64,000 nt of DNA, taken from Balanoglossus misakiensis. Its lineage: Eukaryota > Animalia > Hemichordata. The translations under genes were made by a program, and so were the position numbers. The notes beneath the pieces were generated by a model that did not search any database, was not told the origin of the DNA, and worked only from the letters and a program-made list of their open reading frames with translations. The stretch is taken from positions 1 to 64,000 of the forward strand of contig JBECUI020000036.1 in the NCBI GenBank assembly GCA_040954595.2, in the 5' to 3' direction. This document shows, piece by piece, positions 41,761 through 51,429 of this stretch. Numbering within the stretch: the stretch's first letter is position 1; every line of letters starts with the position of its first letter.

Positions 41761-42945
41761 CCCTACTGACATCAAAGTTCCGTGAAAACTTCAAGCAAAA
41801 CGGCAGGTTTTGTGGTAGTTATTGATACCGCCCCTTGATTAAGTGGGGTTGTGGATGGGGAAATGTATGATTTTAAGTAATAATGTAAGTAAATGTTGAG
41901 AAAGCTGTGCTTATCAACAAGAAATCGTAGCAGTATCTCAATCAAACGCACACTTTTTGTGGTAATTATTGATACCGCCCCTTGAAGGGTGGGGGCTGTG
42001 GATGGAAAAGCTTATATTAAATTTTAAGTATAATTTTAAGTTAAAATTATCAAAAAAAAACCATCCCTACTTGAAAAAATCCCCGCACAAACTTCAATCA
42101 AACGCACACTTTTTGTGGTAATTATTGATACCACCCCTTAAGGGTGGGGGTTGTGGATGGCGGGCTTATACACAAATTTTAAGTATAATTTTAAGTTAAA
42201 ATTATCAGAAAAAACCATCCCTACTTGAAAAAATCCCCGCACAAACTTCAAGCAAAATTGCAGTTTTCGTGGTAGTTATTGATACCGCCCCTTGATGGGT
42301 GGGGGCTGTGGATGGGAAAGCTTATATTAAATTTTAAGTATAATTTTAAGTTAAAATTATCAAAAGAAAGCACCCTACAAGATCAACTCCCTCGCTCAAA
42401 CCTCAATCAAACTGCCACTTTTTGTGGTAATTATTGATACCGCCCCTAATGGGTGGGGGCTGTGGATGGCGGGGCTCATACATGAATTTTAAGTATAATT
42501 TTAAGTTAAAATTATCAAAAGAAACCATCCCTACTTGAAAAAATCCCCGCACAAACTTCAAGCAAAATGGCAGGTTTTGTGGTAGTTATTAATACCGCCC
42601 CTGAAGGGTGGGGGCTGTGGATGGCGGGGCGCATTCAAAAAATTTAAGTATAATTTTAAGTTAAAATTATCAAAAGAAAGCATCCCTACTTGAAAAAACC
42701 CCCGCCCAAACTTCAAGCAAACTGCCATATTTCGCAGTAGTTTCTAATACCACCCCTGATGGGAGGGGGTTGTGGATGGCGGGGCGCATTCAAAAAATTT
42801 AAGTATAATTTTAAGTTAAAATTATCAAAAGAAAGCATCCCTACTTGAAAAAATCCCCGCACAAACTTCAATCAAACGCACACTTTTTGTGGTAATTATT
42901 GATACCGCCCCTGATTAAGTGGGGCTGTGGATGGGGGCTCATACA
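41761..42945. repeat. Tandem array of eight ~155-bp non-coding repeats
   Basis: Anchor (G/A)ATACC(G/A)CCCC at 41824, 41971, 42127, 42281, 42436, 42591, 42746 and 42901 (spacings 147, 156, 154, 155, 155, 155, 155). Confidence 0.95.
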
Positions 42946-42985
42946 AAAAAAAACAAGTCCCAGCCATAAACGACCAGGACTTGTT
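42945..42985 (-). terminator. Intrinsic terminator of the giant surface protein gene
   Basis: Minus strand AACAAGTCC-N16-GGACTTGTT followed by a T run, just after the stop at 42997. Confidence 0.75.
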
Positions 42986-42996
42986 CCCGTACTTCT

Positions 42997-45900
42997 TTAT
43001 TGTGCCTTATACTCCGGCTGACTACCGAAGTAGTATCCGCTTGTTGTATCCCAGAGACTTGGCCATCTACCGTCACCAACCCAGACATACTCACCAAGCT
43101 GGTCGGGAAAACCGTCTGAATCTGCATCAGTTTCACCACCAAAAGCATCGTGAATGACCCAGTTTCCATCGTTAAACATCTCTAGGTCGTCAGCCGTATC
43201 AGCTGTGCCCTTCGTATCATAATAACGATAGGGATCGGCTGTGGTGCCGGTTCCTCTTCGAAGAAGATCCGCTTCAGCACTGACCTCAGTTACATAACTT
43301 CCCGCTGCTATCTGGGTTAAATCCAGAGTCCAAAACGACACCCCGGGTGCTGGTTCTGTTCCGACAGCATTGCGATCGAAATAGCTATACAGAGCGGACG
43401 TTGCACTTTTATTATATCCAAACAGAAGAACTTCCCCCAAGGTACGTACCCGTTCCGCTACTGCGATGTACTGAAGCAGTGCTATATCCTAGAAATATCT
43501 CTCCACTGGTAGGGTCATACTCGCCAATTATTCCGCTTGTTGTGCGGGGAGCCGTTACACTTCCTGTTGCATAGCCGTACATAGTAGATGTTTGGTACCC
43601 CGCGAGTCCACCTGCGACAGCGGCGGTAGCAGTAATATCACCAGTTGCATATCCATACGCATTTTCTGTGCTGAGACTAAGTCCGATCATACCACCAACA
43701 TATCTATCTCCAGTAACATCCCCGTTGTAAATCCTATAATAGTAGAATCCCGATTCATACCAACCAGTCCACCGACCATCTCACTTGATCCGGATACAGA
43801 ACCCGAATTGTCTACGGAAATAAGATTTGCGTCTTTCGTAAAGCCGACTATTCCACCAGCGAAACTACCAATGTAGCTACGGGAATCGTAAATGACTGCT
43901 TCACCGTCAGTAGTTACTACGGTTCCTGTACTCTGAACTGAAAGCGATTCAACACTACCTGTTAGTAACTGACCTGCCAATACCCCTGCTGCTGCATTTG
44001 CAGAAATACTTGGATCAATAAAAACAATATCTTCTACACTTCCCCGCAGAATGCTGAAAAGTCCTGCATTATTTCTGTCCGGATCATTTATCTTGAGATT
44101 GCTTATTTTATAACGACCTCCTGCTCCATCCGATCCACTGAGGCTTCCGGTAAACGTCCCTATCGGTGCCCAGCCGGTAGCAGGGAGACCGTAGGTACCC
44201 GGTTCTGGAAGCGTAATATCTGCCTTTAAGACAAAATCCCCATCCAGTTTATACCTCATTGTCCGCAGGTCCCGCCAGTTATAAATATCCTCTACGGGGA
44301 GCTCTAAGGGTTTCCCGACTACCAGTTGTTCAGATGTCGTTCCATCTATGAGTTCTACTGCTATCCTCACCCTACCTTCAGTAATCGTAGGCCACTCGCT
44401 ACTCGTCATTGCAGGACCAATGCCCACAATTATTCCTCCTGTACTATCAGTACTGGTAGTAATTGTTGCTTCCGGAGTATCAAAAATTATATTTCCTGAG
44501 TTCTCCTCGCGAATGCTTATCTGTGCACTCAGTCCCGTTGCATCACTTTTATTTGTTAAAAAGAGAAAGGGGTTATCAATATCTCCCAAACTAAATAGGA
44601 CTGAGCTCTTGCGTCCATATCACTCTTGTAGATGAAGGTTGTTGCAGGAGCACTTCCCTGTACGTACAAGGTAAGGTCTTGTACAACGGTGCCCCCATAT
44701 CCAGTTGTTGTAGCTGTAGCAGTAATACTTATTTGATACTCACCTGCTGCGGTCGTATCAGCTACTATTATGCGTCCAGTTCCTCCCTCTATGCTTAGGC
44801 CTGTTGCTCCTGTAATGCTCCAGGCGGGGACGGGATCGGTGAGAGTATTCTCGTACAGTGGGAAGAAGGATTGCGTCCTACTGAAGTCATAAGTATACTT
44901 CCATAACTAAAACTTCCCTCTATTTGTGTTCCGCTTATCGTTACAACAAGCGTATCAGTTAGTGTTCCATCAAAACTCGGGTGGGATACGTCAACCGTAA
45001 CTGTGTATACTCCAAGATTATAGGTTTGTATTGTTATAGTCCCATTCGCTGCAATGCTGTAATCATCTCCTGGGAGGGTTCCCCCGCCATCTTTTGCTAT
45101 ACTGCGTACAACATAGGTCAGATCAGTTGGTGTTAACCATGCAGGAAGTACTGTTAGCGTTGGAGACAATATGCGTTCTTCACCTACGGTATTGTTTCAT
45201 CGGTATATGAGACGGTTCCACTTAAGGTTCCTCGACTCACTTGTACCGAGACCTCATCGAATTGACTGGATTTTGTTGCTCGAATGCTTGCTGTTCCCAC
45301 TTCCACGCCAAGAATGTTCCCGCCGGAAACCGTTGCCACCGTTGGCGTATCACTACTCCATGTGGTGTCGGAACTTACGTTTGTTCCGACAACTACTGTC
45401 AACAACTGGACGCGTTCCGATATGAGAAGGGCAATCTCTTGGGTTATCTCATTGCCATCAGTATCGGTAATGGTAACAGACCGAACAAATCCGTTACTAC
45501 CAACATTCCCTACAAGCCAGGGAGTGACCTGAGAACTATCCGCTGAATTCTCTGCACGTACCCGGACCCAAAAGTCACGGGGTGTCTTATATATCGAAGC
45601 AGGAGTCCCAAGCCCCAGTGCCTGACCATACCCAAGGTCGGTAGAAGGATGAAGAAAAACCGTATGACTTGTTGTCGTTATGGAAGACGCGACTGTTACC
45701 CAATTTCTGCTACTGACATGCCGCACCTGTAGGGTGTAGCGCGCTTCAGCTGGGGACCCGTCCGGTGCCAAGAGATTACCTGCATTCGTTGGTGCATCCC
45801 ATGCAATCGGTAAATATCCTACCCCTGCACTAGAAGATGCTGGTCGCAAATTCAGTAGTTCGTTTAGTGCAGAAGATAGATTGACAGTCTTGGTCAGAGA

Positions 45901-48900
45901 AACAATTCCGGCTGCATAGTTACTATTGCTTGGACTTGCCGTTATGGTAACTGTTGATTCCCCGGCTGGTGCATCTGTTGCAATAGAGATTGTCCCTGTT
46001 GTTGCATCAATGCTCCATCCAGTCGGTGTCGGATCCATGCTATAACTCAATCCTGCTTCCTGTGGGGCGGCTGTGACCGGTGTAGAGGTTCCTCCCCGCC
46101 TAAAATCTCCTCCCGAATAGACGAGATAGATCTCCGTTGCCTTCTGATTGACTGTTACTGCCATCTCATGGCTTGCTGTACTCGTGTAGCCAGCAGCACT
46201 TGCTGTTATGCTCAGAGTATAACTCCCTGCTGATCGTATCGCAATAGATAGATATTACTCCATCTGTTCCCACTGTAATGCCCGAGGCAGTGCCCAAAGC
46301 GATATAGCTCAACGCTAATCCTGCTATCGGTAGATTACTTAGGGCTGGACTCACTGAATCTGCTTCTCCATAAGTCGTTGTAATGCTATTTCGATTATAC
46401 AGAAGCACATTGCTTAATCCCGGTACATTGACACTTACCGTTGCACGATTGCTCGAAACTGCACCTGCTGTTACCGTTATCGTGGCGCTGCCGTCTGTTA
46501 TTGCCTCGACCCTTCCATCTGTTACTCGTACAACTGTATTAGCGCTACTGACCCAACTTACTGAGGTATCGGCTACGTTGACCCAGAGGCTTCCCGGGAC
46601 ACTCAGCGTCAGGCTCTCTCCGACCGGAAGGCTTAGTTCACTGATCGCTCCACTACTATCATGGATCTCTAATGGGCGTATTCCATTTGCAAGAAATGGT
46701 CCTGCCTCTGTCCAGTTACTGACCAATGTTGTTTCAACCGTATTGACTGCCTGAATGCGAATATCGTACTCACTTGCTCCCGTTAACCCGGTAAGGGTAA
46801 TGGTCGTATTCATGGTTGCCGGTGCATCCGTCCAGTCCGTACTCCCGGGATGGACGGTAGCCGACTATGTACCTGCTCGCGACAAGAGTTCTTCCGCTAT
46901 GCTCGTAGCCCTGCGTTCCAGACCAATTTACTTTGATCGATCCAATATCCTTTACAATGCTATCCTTGACAATGCTCGCTTCATCCACCGCTGCCGGGGC
47001 TGTTGCTAAAGACTGTACCGTAACACTTATCGTTGCCATGTTTGTGTCATCTGACACTGCTTTTGCGGTAATAATTGTCGTACCTGTGCCCTGTCCTTCA
47101 AGCTCCCCTCGAAGAAGTCCAAGACTCGTTACTTGAACAAAGGCATTATTGCTTTCCCAGGTAACACCGGTATTCTCGACATTCACCCAGAGAGTATTGG
47201 GAACACTGAGTGTCTTTCGCTCTCCAGGGTAGAGAATCAGTGTAGTAATGGCTCACTACTATCGTGTATCTCTAATGGGCTGATCCCGTTCGCAAGAAAT
47301 GGTCCTGCTTCTGTCCAGTTACTGACCAATGTTGTTTCAACCGTATTGACTGCCTGAATACGAATATTGTATTCACTTGCTCCGGTTAACCCAGTGAGGG
47401 TAATGGTAGGGCTGGTGAGGATTGCCGGTGCATCCGTCCATGCTCCAGTACTGCTACTGAGGCGATACTGCACCGTATAGGTACTCTCTGCGAAGTTTTC
47501 CCTCGGCATTGGTTCCTTGAACATCAACCCAGTTCAGTTTCAAAAAGCCGATACTCTTCTCGCTTTCATCCTTGATAATGCTCTGTGCATCAACTGCTTC
47601 CGGTGCTCGTGCTCCTGACTGGGTGGTCGTGATGGTGTACACGGGTGTTTCTACACTGACATCCCCATCTCCTACTGCACGAACAATGACATAGTAGTCC
47701 GTTTCGGGTGATAGTCCGATTATGCTCAGTGTCCATTTATTTATTTCCCCATTAAATACCGGATCTGCCTGCTTATTCCCCGCTTCAATCAGATCAACAT
47801 TGCTATCTGAGAGGATAGACCTCATATGTCAACGATGCGCTTGAGACCGCATTCCAGTTCAGATTTATGACCGTTGCCGATGCTGCATGTCCAAGTGAAT
47901 CAAATCCGGCGACCGTAACACTTATTGCTGCTGTTTTCTGCGGATCGGCTACCGCCGCTGCACTGATACTTGCTGTTCCTTCCGTTATTCCCTGTACCAG
48001 TCCATCAACGACCCTGACCACTGCTTCATTACTACTTGTCCATGTTACGCTCGTATCATCCACATTGATCCAGAGCGTTGCAGGAACACTCAACTGCTGC
48101 GTTTCTCCTGCTGATATGCTTAACTCAGTAATTGCTCCACTGTTATCGTGTATCTCTAATGGTCGAATGCCATTCGTAAAAAATGATTCTTCTGTCCAGT
48201 TACTCATCATGTCTGTGTCAAAGGTACTGATTGCTTGTATACGAATATTATACTCACTTGCTTCCTCTAACCCGGTAAGCGTGATCGTTGCTACTTGTAC
48301 TGCTTCCCTCATCCACGCCTCTGTGGAACGGCGATACTCGACCATGTAGGTACTATCAACAAAGTTTCCCTCGGCATTCTTTCCTCGGACATCAACCCAG
48401 TTCAGTTTCAGAGATCCAATCCCCTTTTCGCTTTCATCTTTGCTGATTACAGACACTTCCGGGGGTGCTTCTGCTCCCGATGTCCCCGTCGCGACCGGCT
48501 CCACAAGGCTTTCTGCGGTAATTGCTCCTGTTGCCTGAATAAATACATAGTAGGCTGTCTCAGGTGTGAGTCCGGTTAGGCTGAGTGTCCACATACTTTG
48601 GATATCATCGTATGTTATCCCTTCTTGTTTGTTTGCCTCATCTTTGACCATTGCCTCATCCAAAGAAAAATAGACGCTATAGGTCAGTTCCTGCGGTGCA
48701 ATGTCTTGCCACCAGATATCAATAGCTGTTGCTGATGCTTCATAATGATGAATTTGTAGGGTTCCAATCCCTGTTTGTACCTCGGTCTGTATGGCGGTGC
48801 TCTGTCCTACCAAATAGACGGATATGACAGACACAGTATACTCTGTTCCCGGCTCCAAGCCACTGACGGTATACTCGTTTACATCACCTGTTACCATAAT

Positions 48901-49416
48901 GTCTTCAAGTGCTGTTCCACCTTTTGGTGTAATGCGAATGAGATAGTGTTCTACTGTTGTTGTTGTTGCCGGTGCGGTCCAGGTAACTGTCAGTCCTCTT
49001 TCTTCTGTTTGTGGTACTTGCACATTTGTAACACTACTTCCTTGTTCAACGAACTCTCCTGTTTGTTGGGTAGGAAGGGTAATTACTTCCGAAGTTCCCC
49101 CACCTTTATGTACGGTAAGCTCGACGGTGTAGGAGGTATTTGGAGCAAGAGTAAGTCCGGTAAATGTATGCGTAGTGCTCTCTGCGAGTGCTTCTGCAAC
49201 AATCGACCCATCCGGTGCCTTGAGAGTAACGGTATAGGTATAGGTCTCCTGATCGGGAGGGGTCCATGAAACAGAAATCTCATCAGCAGCAGAAAAGCGA
49301 ACTGAGAGATCAGAAGCAGGATTGACGAGGGGGGCGGTTGTAGTACCGGCACCACCACAAGAAAAAACAAAAGCAAACAAAACAACAAGGGCTGTTGCAA
49401 TAAAAACTAAACGCAT
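42997..49416 (-). CDS. Giant surface lipoprotein with fibronectin type III, bacterial Ig-like (Big_2) and GLUG-type domains; broken into ~9 ORFs by frameshifts
   Basis: GGAGGT RBS and lipobox-like FVFSC. Fn3 motifs (VTWTAP...GLEPGTEYTVSV), Big_2 motifs (VTWTSSNEAVVRVVDGLV.GI.EGTASIS), and DIYNWRDL...FVLKADITL...WAPIGTFTGSL plus GGLVG/GGLAG repeats. Confidence 0.75.
46695..47407. repeat. Near-identical ~110-bp internal repeats of the Fn3-Big module (46695-46804, 47298-47407; diverged copy near 48190)
   Basis: AATGGTCCTGC.TCTGTCCAGTTACTGACCAATGTTGTTTCAACCGTATTGACTGCCTGAAT occurs twice, 603 bp apart. Confidence 0.85.
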
Positions 49417-49451
49417 CGTAACCTCCAAGCGTGAAAGAAAGTATATAGAAT

Positions 49452-49479
49452 AGTATAATGAAAACAGCAAAAAAGTCAA
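49452..49479 (-). promoter_or_regulatory. Sigma70-type promoter of the giant lipoprotein gene
   Basis: Minus strand TTGACT-N16-TATACT, ~35 nt upstream of the ATG at 49416. Confidence 0.6.
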
Positions 49480-49502
49480 GAAAAATCTATAAAATGACAA
49501 AT

Positions 49503-49522
49503 CCCCCCCCCCCCCCCCCCCC
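49503..49522 (-). repeat. Poly-G (C20 on plus strand) homopolymer upstream of the promoter
   Basis: 20 consecutive C in an otherwise AT-rich intergenic region; exact length is unreliable in this assembly. Confidence 0.85.
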
Positions 49523-49707
49523 TAAAAACTCATATAGAAGAGGTTTTTGGGATGTCAAAATTAATATTATAGAGAAAAACTGCTGTGATATGTTTTATTT
49601 TGGAGATTTACTTTGGTTGATTTTAGTAAAATAATCTTGCTTGTACTCAATTTTTTTTGCATTTTTTTAAGAAAAATGAAATTTTTTATGAATCGAAGGA
49701 AAAAATA

Positions 49708-49940
49708 TTCAAGCAAAACTGCAGTTTTCGCTGTAATTATTGATACCGCCCCTTGATGGGTGGGGGTTGTGGATGGGAAAGCTTATACTAAAATTTTAAG
49801 TATAAATTTAAGTTAAAATTATCAAAAGAAAGCATCCCTACTTGAAAAAATCCCCACGAAACTTCAAGCAAAACGGCAGGGTTTGTGGTAGTTATTGATA
49901 CCGCCCCTGATTAAGTGGGGCTGTGAATGGGAAAACTATA
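49708..49940. repeat. Two more copies of the ~155-bp repeat, same orientation
   Basis: GATACCGCCCC anchors at 49742 and 49897 (155 apart); same hairpin, and the same palindrome with one substitution. Confidence 0.95.
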
Positions 49941-50031
49941 TACAAAAACTTCAATGCTACCCCAAAAATCATCTACATTCCAGGTGTACAGCCGGTGTTC
50001 TACCAATATATTTTCTACGAAAAGATCAATA

Positions 50032-50105
50032 TCGGGCTGACTGGACTTGAACCAGCGACCCCATGTCCCCCAGACATGTGCGCTAACCATCTGCGCTACA
50101 GCCCG
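50032..50105 (-). tRNA. tRNA-Pro(GGG)
   Basis: Reverse complement CGGGCTGTAGCGCAGATGGTTAGCGCACATGTCTGGGGGACATG...GTTCAAGTCCAGTCAGCCCGA; anticodon GGG. Confidence 0.95.
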
Positions 50106-50290
50106 TTTCTTCGCAAGCACACAAAGAAGGCATCATTATATCATGAATAAACACAAAATACAAGTAGTTACTCATGTGAAATAAATAAATTCAGGAGGCG
50201 ATAACGCAAAGGCAGATAAACACTTGACAAATGTTAGATACTAAGAAAAAGTAATAGTACGACTATGAAGCATTGAAGGAGATAATTATA

Positions 50291-51019
50291 GTGAAAAATA
50301 ATATTAGACCTGGAAACATGAAGCAACAACCCTTTGTTGCCCATGTAGCAGAGCAGGAACAGAGTCTGCTACGGAATGTATTTACATGGATGGCACTAGG
50401 ATTGCTTATTACCGCTTCCATCGCCTTAAGCATAGCAAATAATCAATCTATTTTAAGTTCTGTTGCTCGCAACCCGAGCCTATTGTTTATTGTAGTCATT
50501 GCAGAAATAGGATTGGTATTCTATTTATCAATGCGTATCAGAAAAATGAGGGCACAAACAGCCGCAATATGTTTTGCCGTGTATGCCGCATTGAACGGCA
50601 TTACCATGTCACTTATACTCATGGTCTACACCGGTGCCAGTGTTGCCGGAACATTTTTTATTACAGCAGCAACATTCGGCGCCATGAGCCTCTACGGTAT
50701 GACAACGAAACGGAATCTAAGCAAACTCAGCAATTATCTGTTTATGGCACTGATTGGTGTTGTTATTGCATCTTTGGTAAATATGTTTCTCCAGAGTTCC
50801 GGTTTGTACTGGATCATTTCATTTGCCGGCGTCCTGCTTTTTTCAGCATTAACCGCCTACGATACGCAGATCATCCAACGGTGGGGTACCGAACTTGGTC
50901 CGCATGCGAGCAAAGAAGATTTTATGCGACTCTCTATCCTTGGAGCATTGAAACTGTATTTAGATTTCATTAATCTTTTTCTGTTTCTTCTCAGATTCAT
51001 GGGCAGAGGACGCCAGTAA
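50291..51019 (+). CDS. Bax inhibitor-1/YccA family membrane protein
   Basis: VFTWMALGL, LTAYDTQ and GALKLYLDFINLFL motifs; 7 TM. Confidence 0.92.
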   Translation: MKNNIRPGNMKQQPFVAHVAEQEQSLLRNVFTWMALGLLITASIALSIANNQSILSSVARNPSLLFIVVIAEIGLVFYLSMRIRKMRAQTAAICFAVYAALNGITMSLILMVYTGASVAGTFFITAATFGAMSLYGMTTKRNLSKLSNYLFMALIGVVIASLVNMFLQSSGLYWIISFAGVLLFSALTAYDTQIIQRWGTELGPHASKEDFMRLSILGALKLYLDFINLFLFLLRFMGRGRQ

Positions 51020-51076
51020 TGCTTCACAACTGATGGGAGATCATATCAGTCTGCATAAAGAAAAAAGGAGAGAGAT

Positions 51077-51421
51077 ATGGGTGATACATTGTTTGATAAG
51101 ATCCTCACTGGGGAAATAGAGGCTGACATTGTTTATGAGGATCAATGGGTCTGTGCTTTTCGAGATATAGCACCACAAGCTCCTATGCATATCCTTGTTA
51201 TACCCAAGGAACGAATAGAAAATTTTGATGACATCCATGACAAAAATCCCGAACTATTAGGGCATTTTATGCAAAGCATTGCTATCGTTGCAAGTCAGCA
51301 AAGTGAAACAAAAGACGGCTATCGTATCGTATTCAATGTCGGGAAGAACGGACAGCAAACCGTGAATTATCTCCATGCCCATATTATAGCAGGACGCCAG
51401 ATGAGCTGGCCCCCAGGATAA
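51077..51421 (+). CDS. Histidine triad (HIT) nucleotide-binding protein
   Basis: TLFDKI, AFRDIAPQAPMHILVIPK and HAH triad region. Confidence 0.92.
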   Translation: MGDTLFDKILTGEIEADIVYEDQWVCAFRDIAPQAPMHILVIPKERIENFDDIHDKNPELLGHFMQSIAIVASQQSETKDGYRIVFNVGKNGQQTVNYLHAHIIAGRQMSWPPG

Positions 51422-51429
51422 GAAAGAGT

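Noticed and set aside
42023-42050. dif/pdif-like Xer site in each unit (TTTAAGTATAA and TTAAGTTAAAA resemble XerC and XerD arms)
   Set aside because: The arms are separated by 2 bp rather than the 6-bp central region Xer sites need, and AT-rich sequence gives such matches easily.
41761-42945. CRISPR array
   Set aside because: The whole ~155-bp unit recurs, variable blocks are reused alleles rather than unique spacers, and no cas gene is in the window.
41761-42945. Replication origin (TGTGGATGG resembles the DnaA box TGTGGATAA; AT-rich blocks)
   Set aside because: Only a 7/9 match, no dnaA/dnaN/parAB/rep gene nearby, and the unit recurs 7 kb away. A genome-wide GC-skew analysis would be needed; I could not establish a skew switch by eye.
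42997-49416. Programmed frameshifting or a set of silent antigen cassettes
   Set aside because: Similar indels interrupt proB, folB and dcd, so sequencing error is the simpler explanation.
41761-49940. Integron cassette array (attC sites)
   Set aside because: No RYYYAAC...GTTRRRY boundaries, no ORFs between tandem units and no intI.
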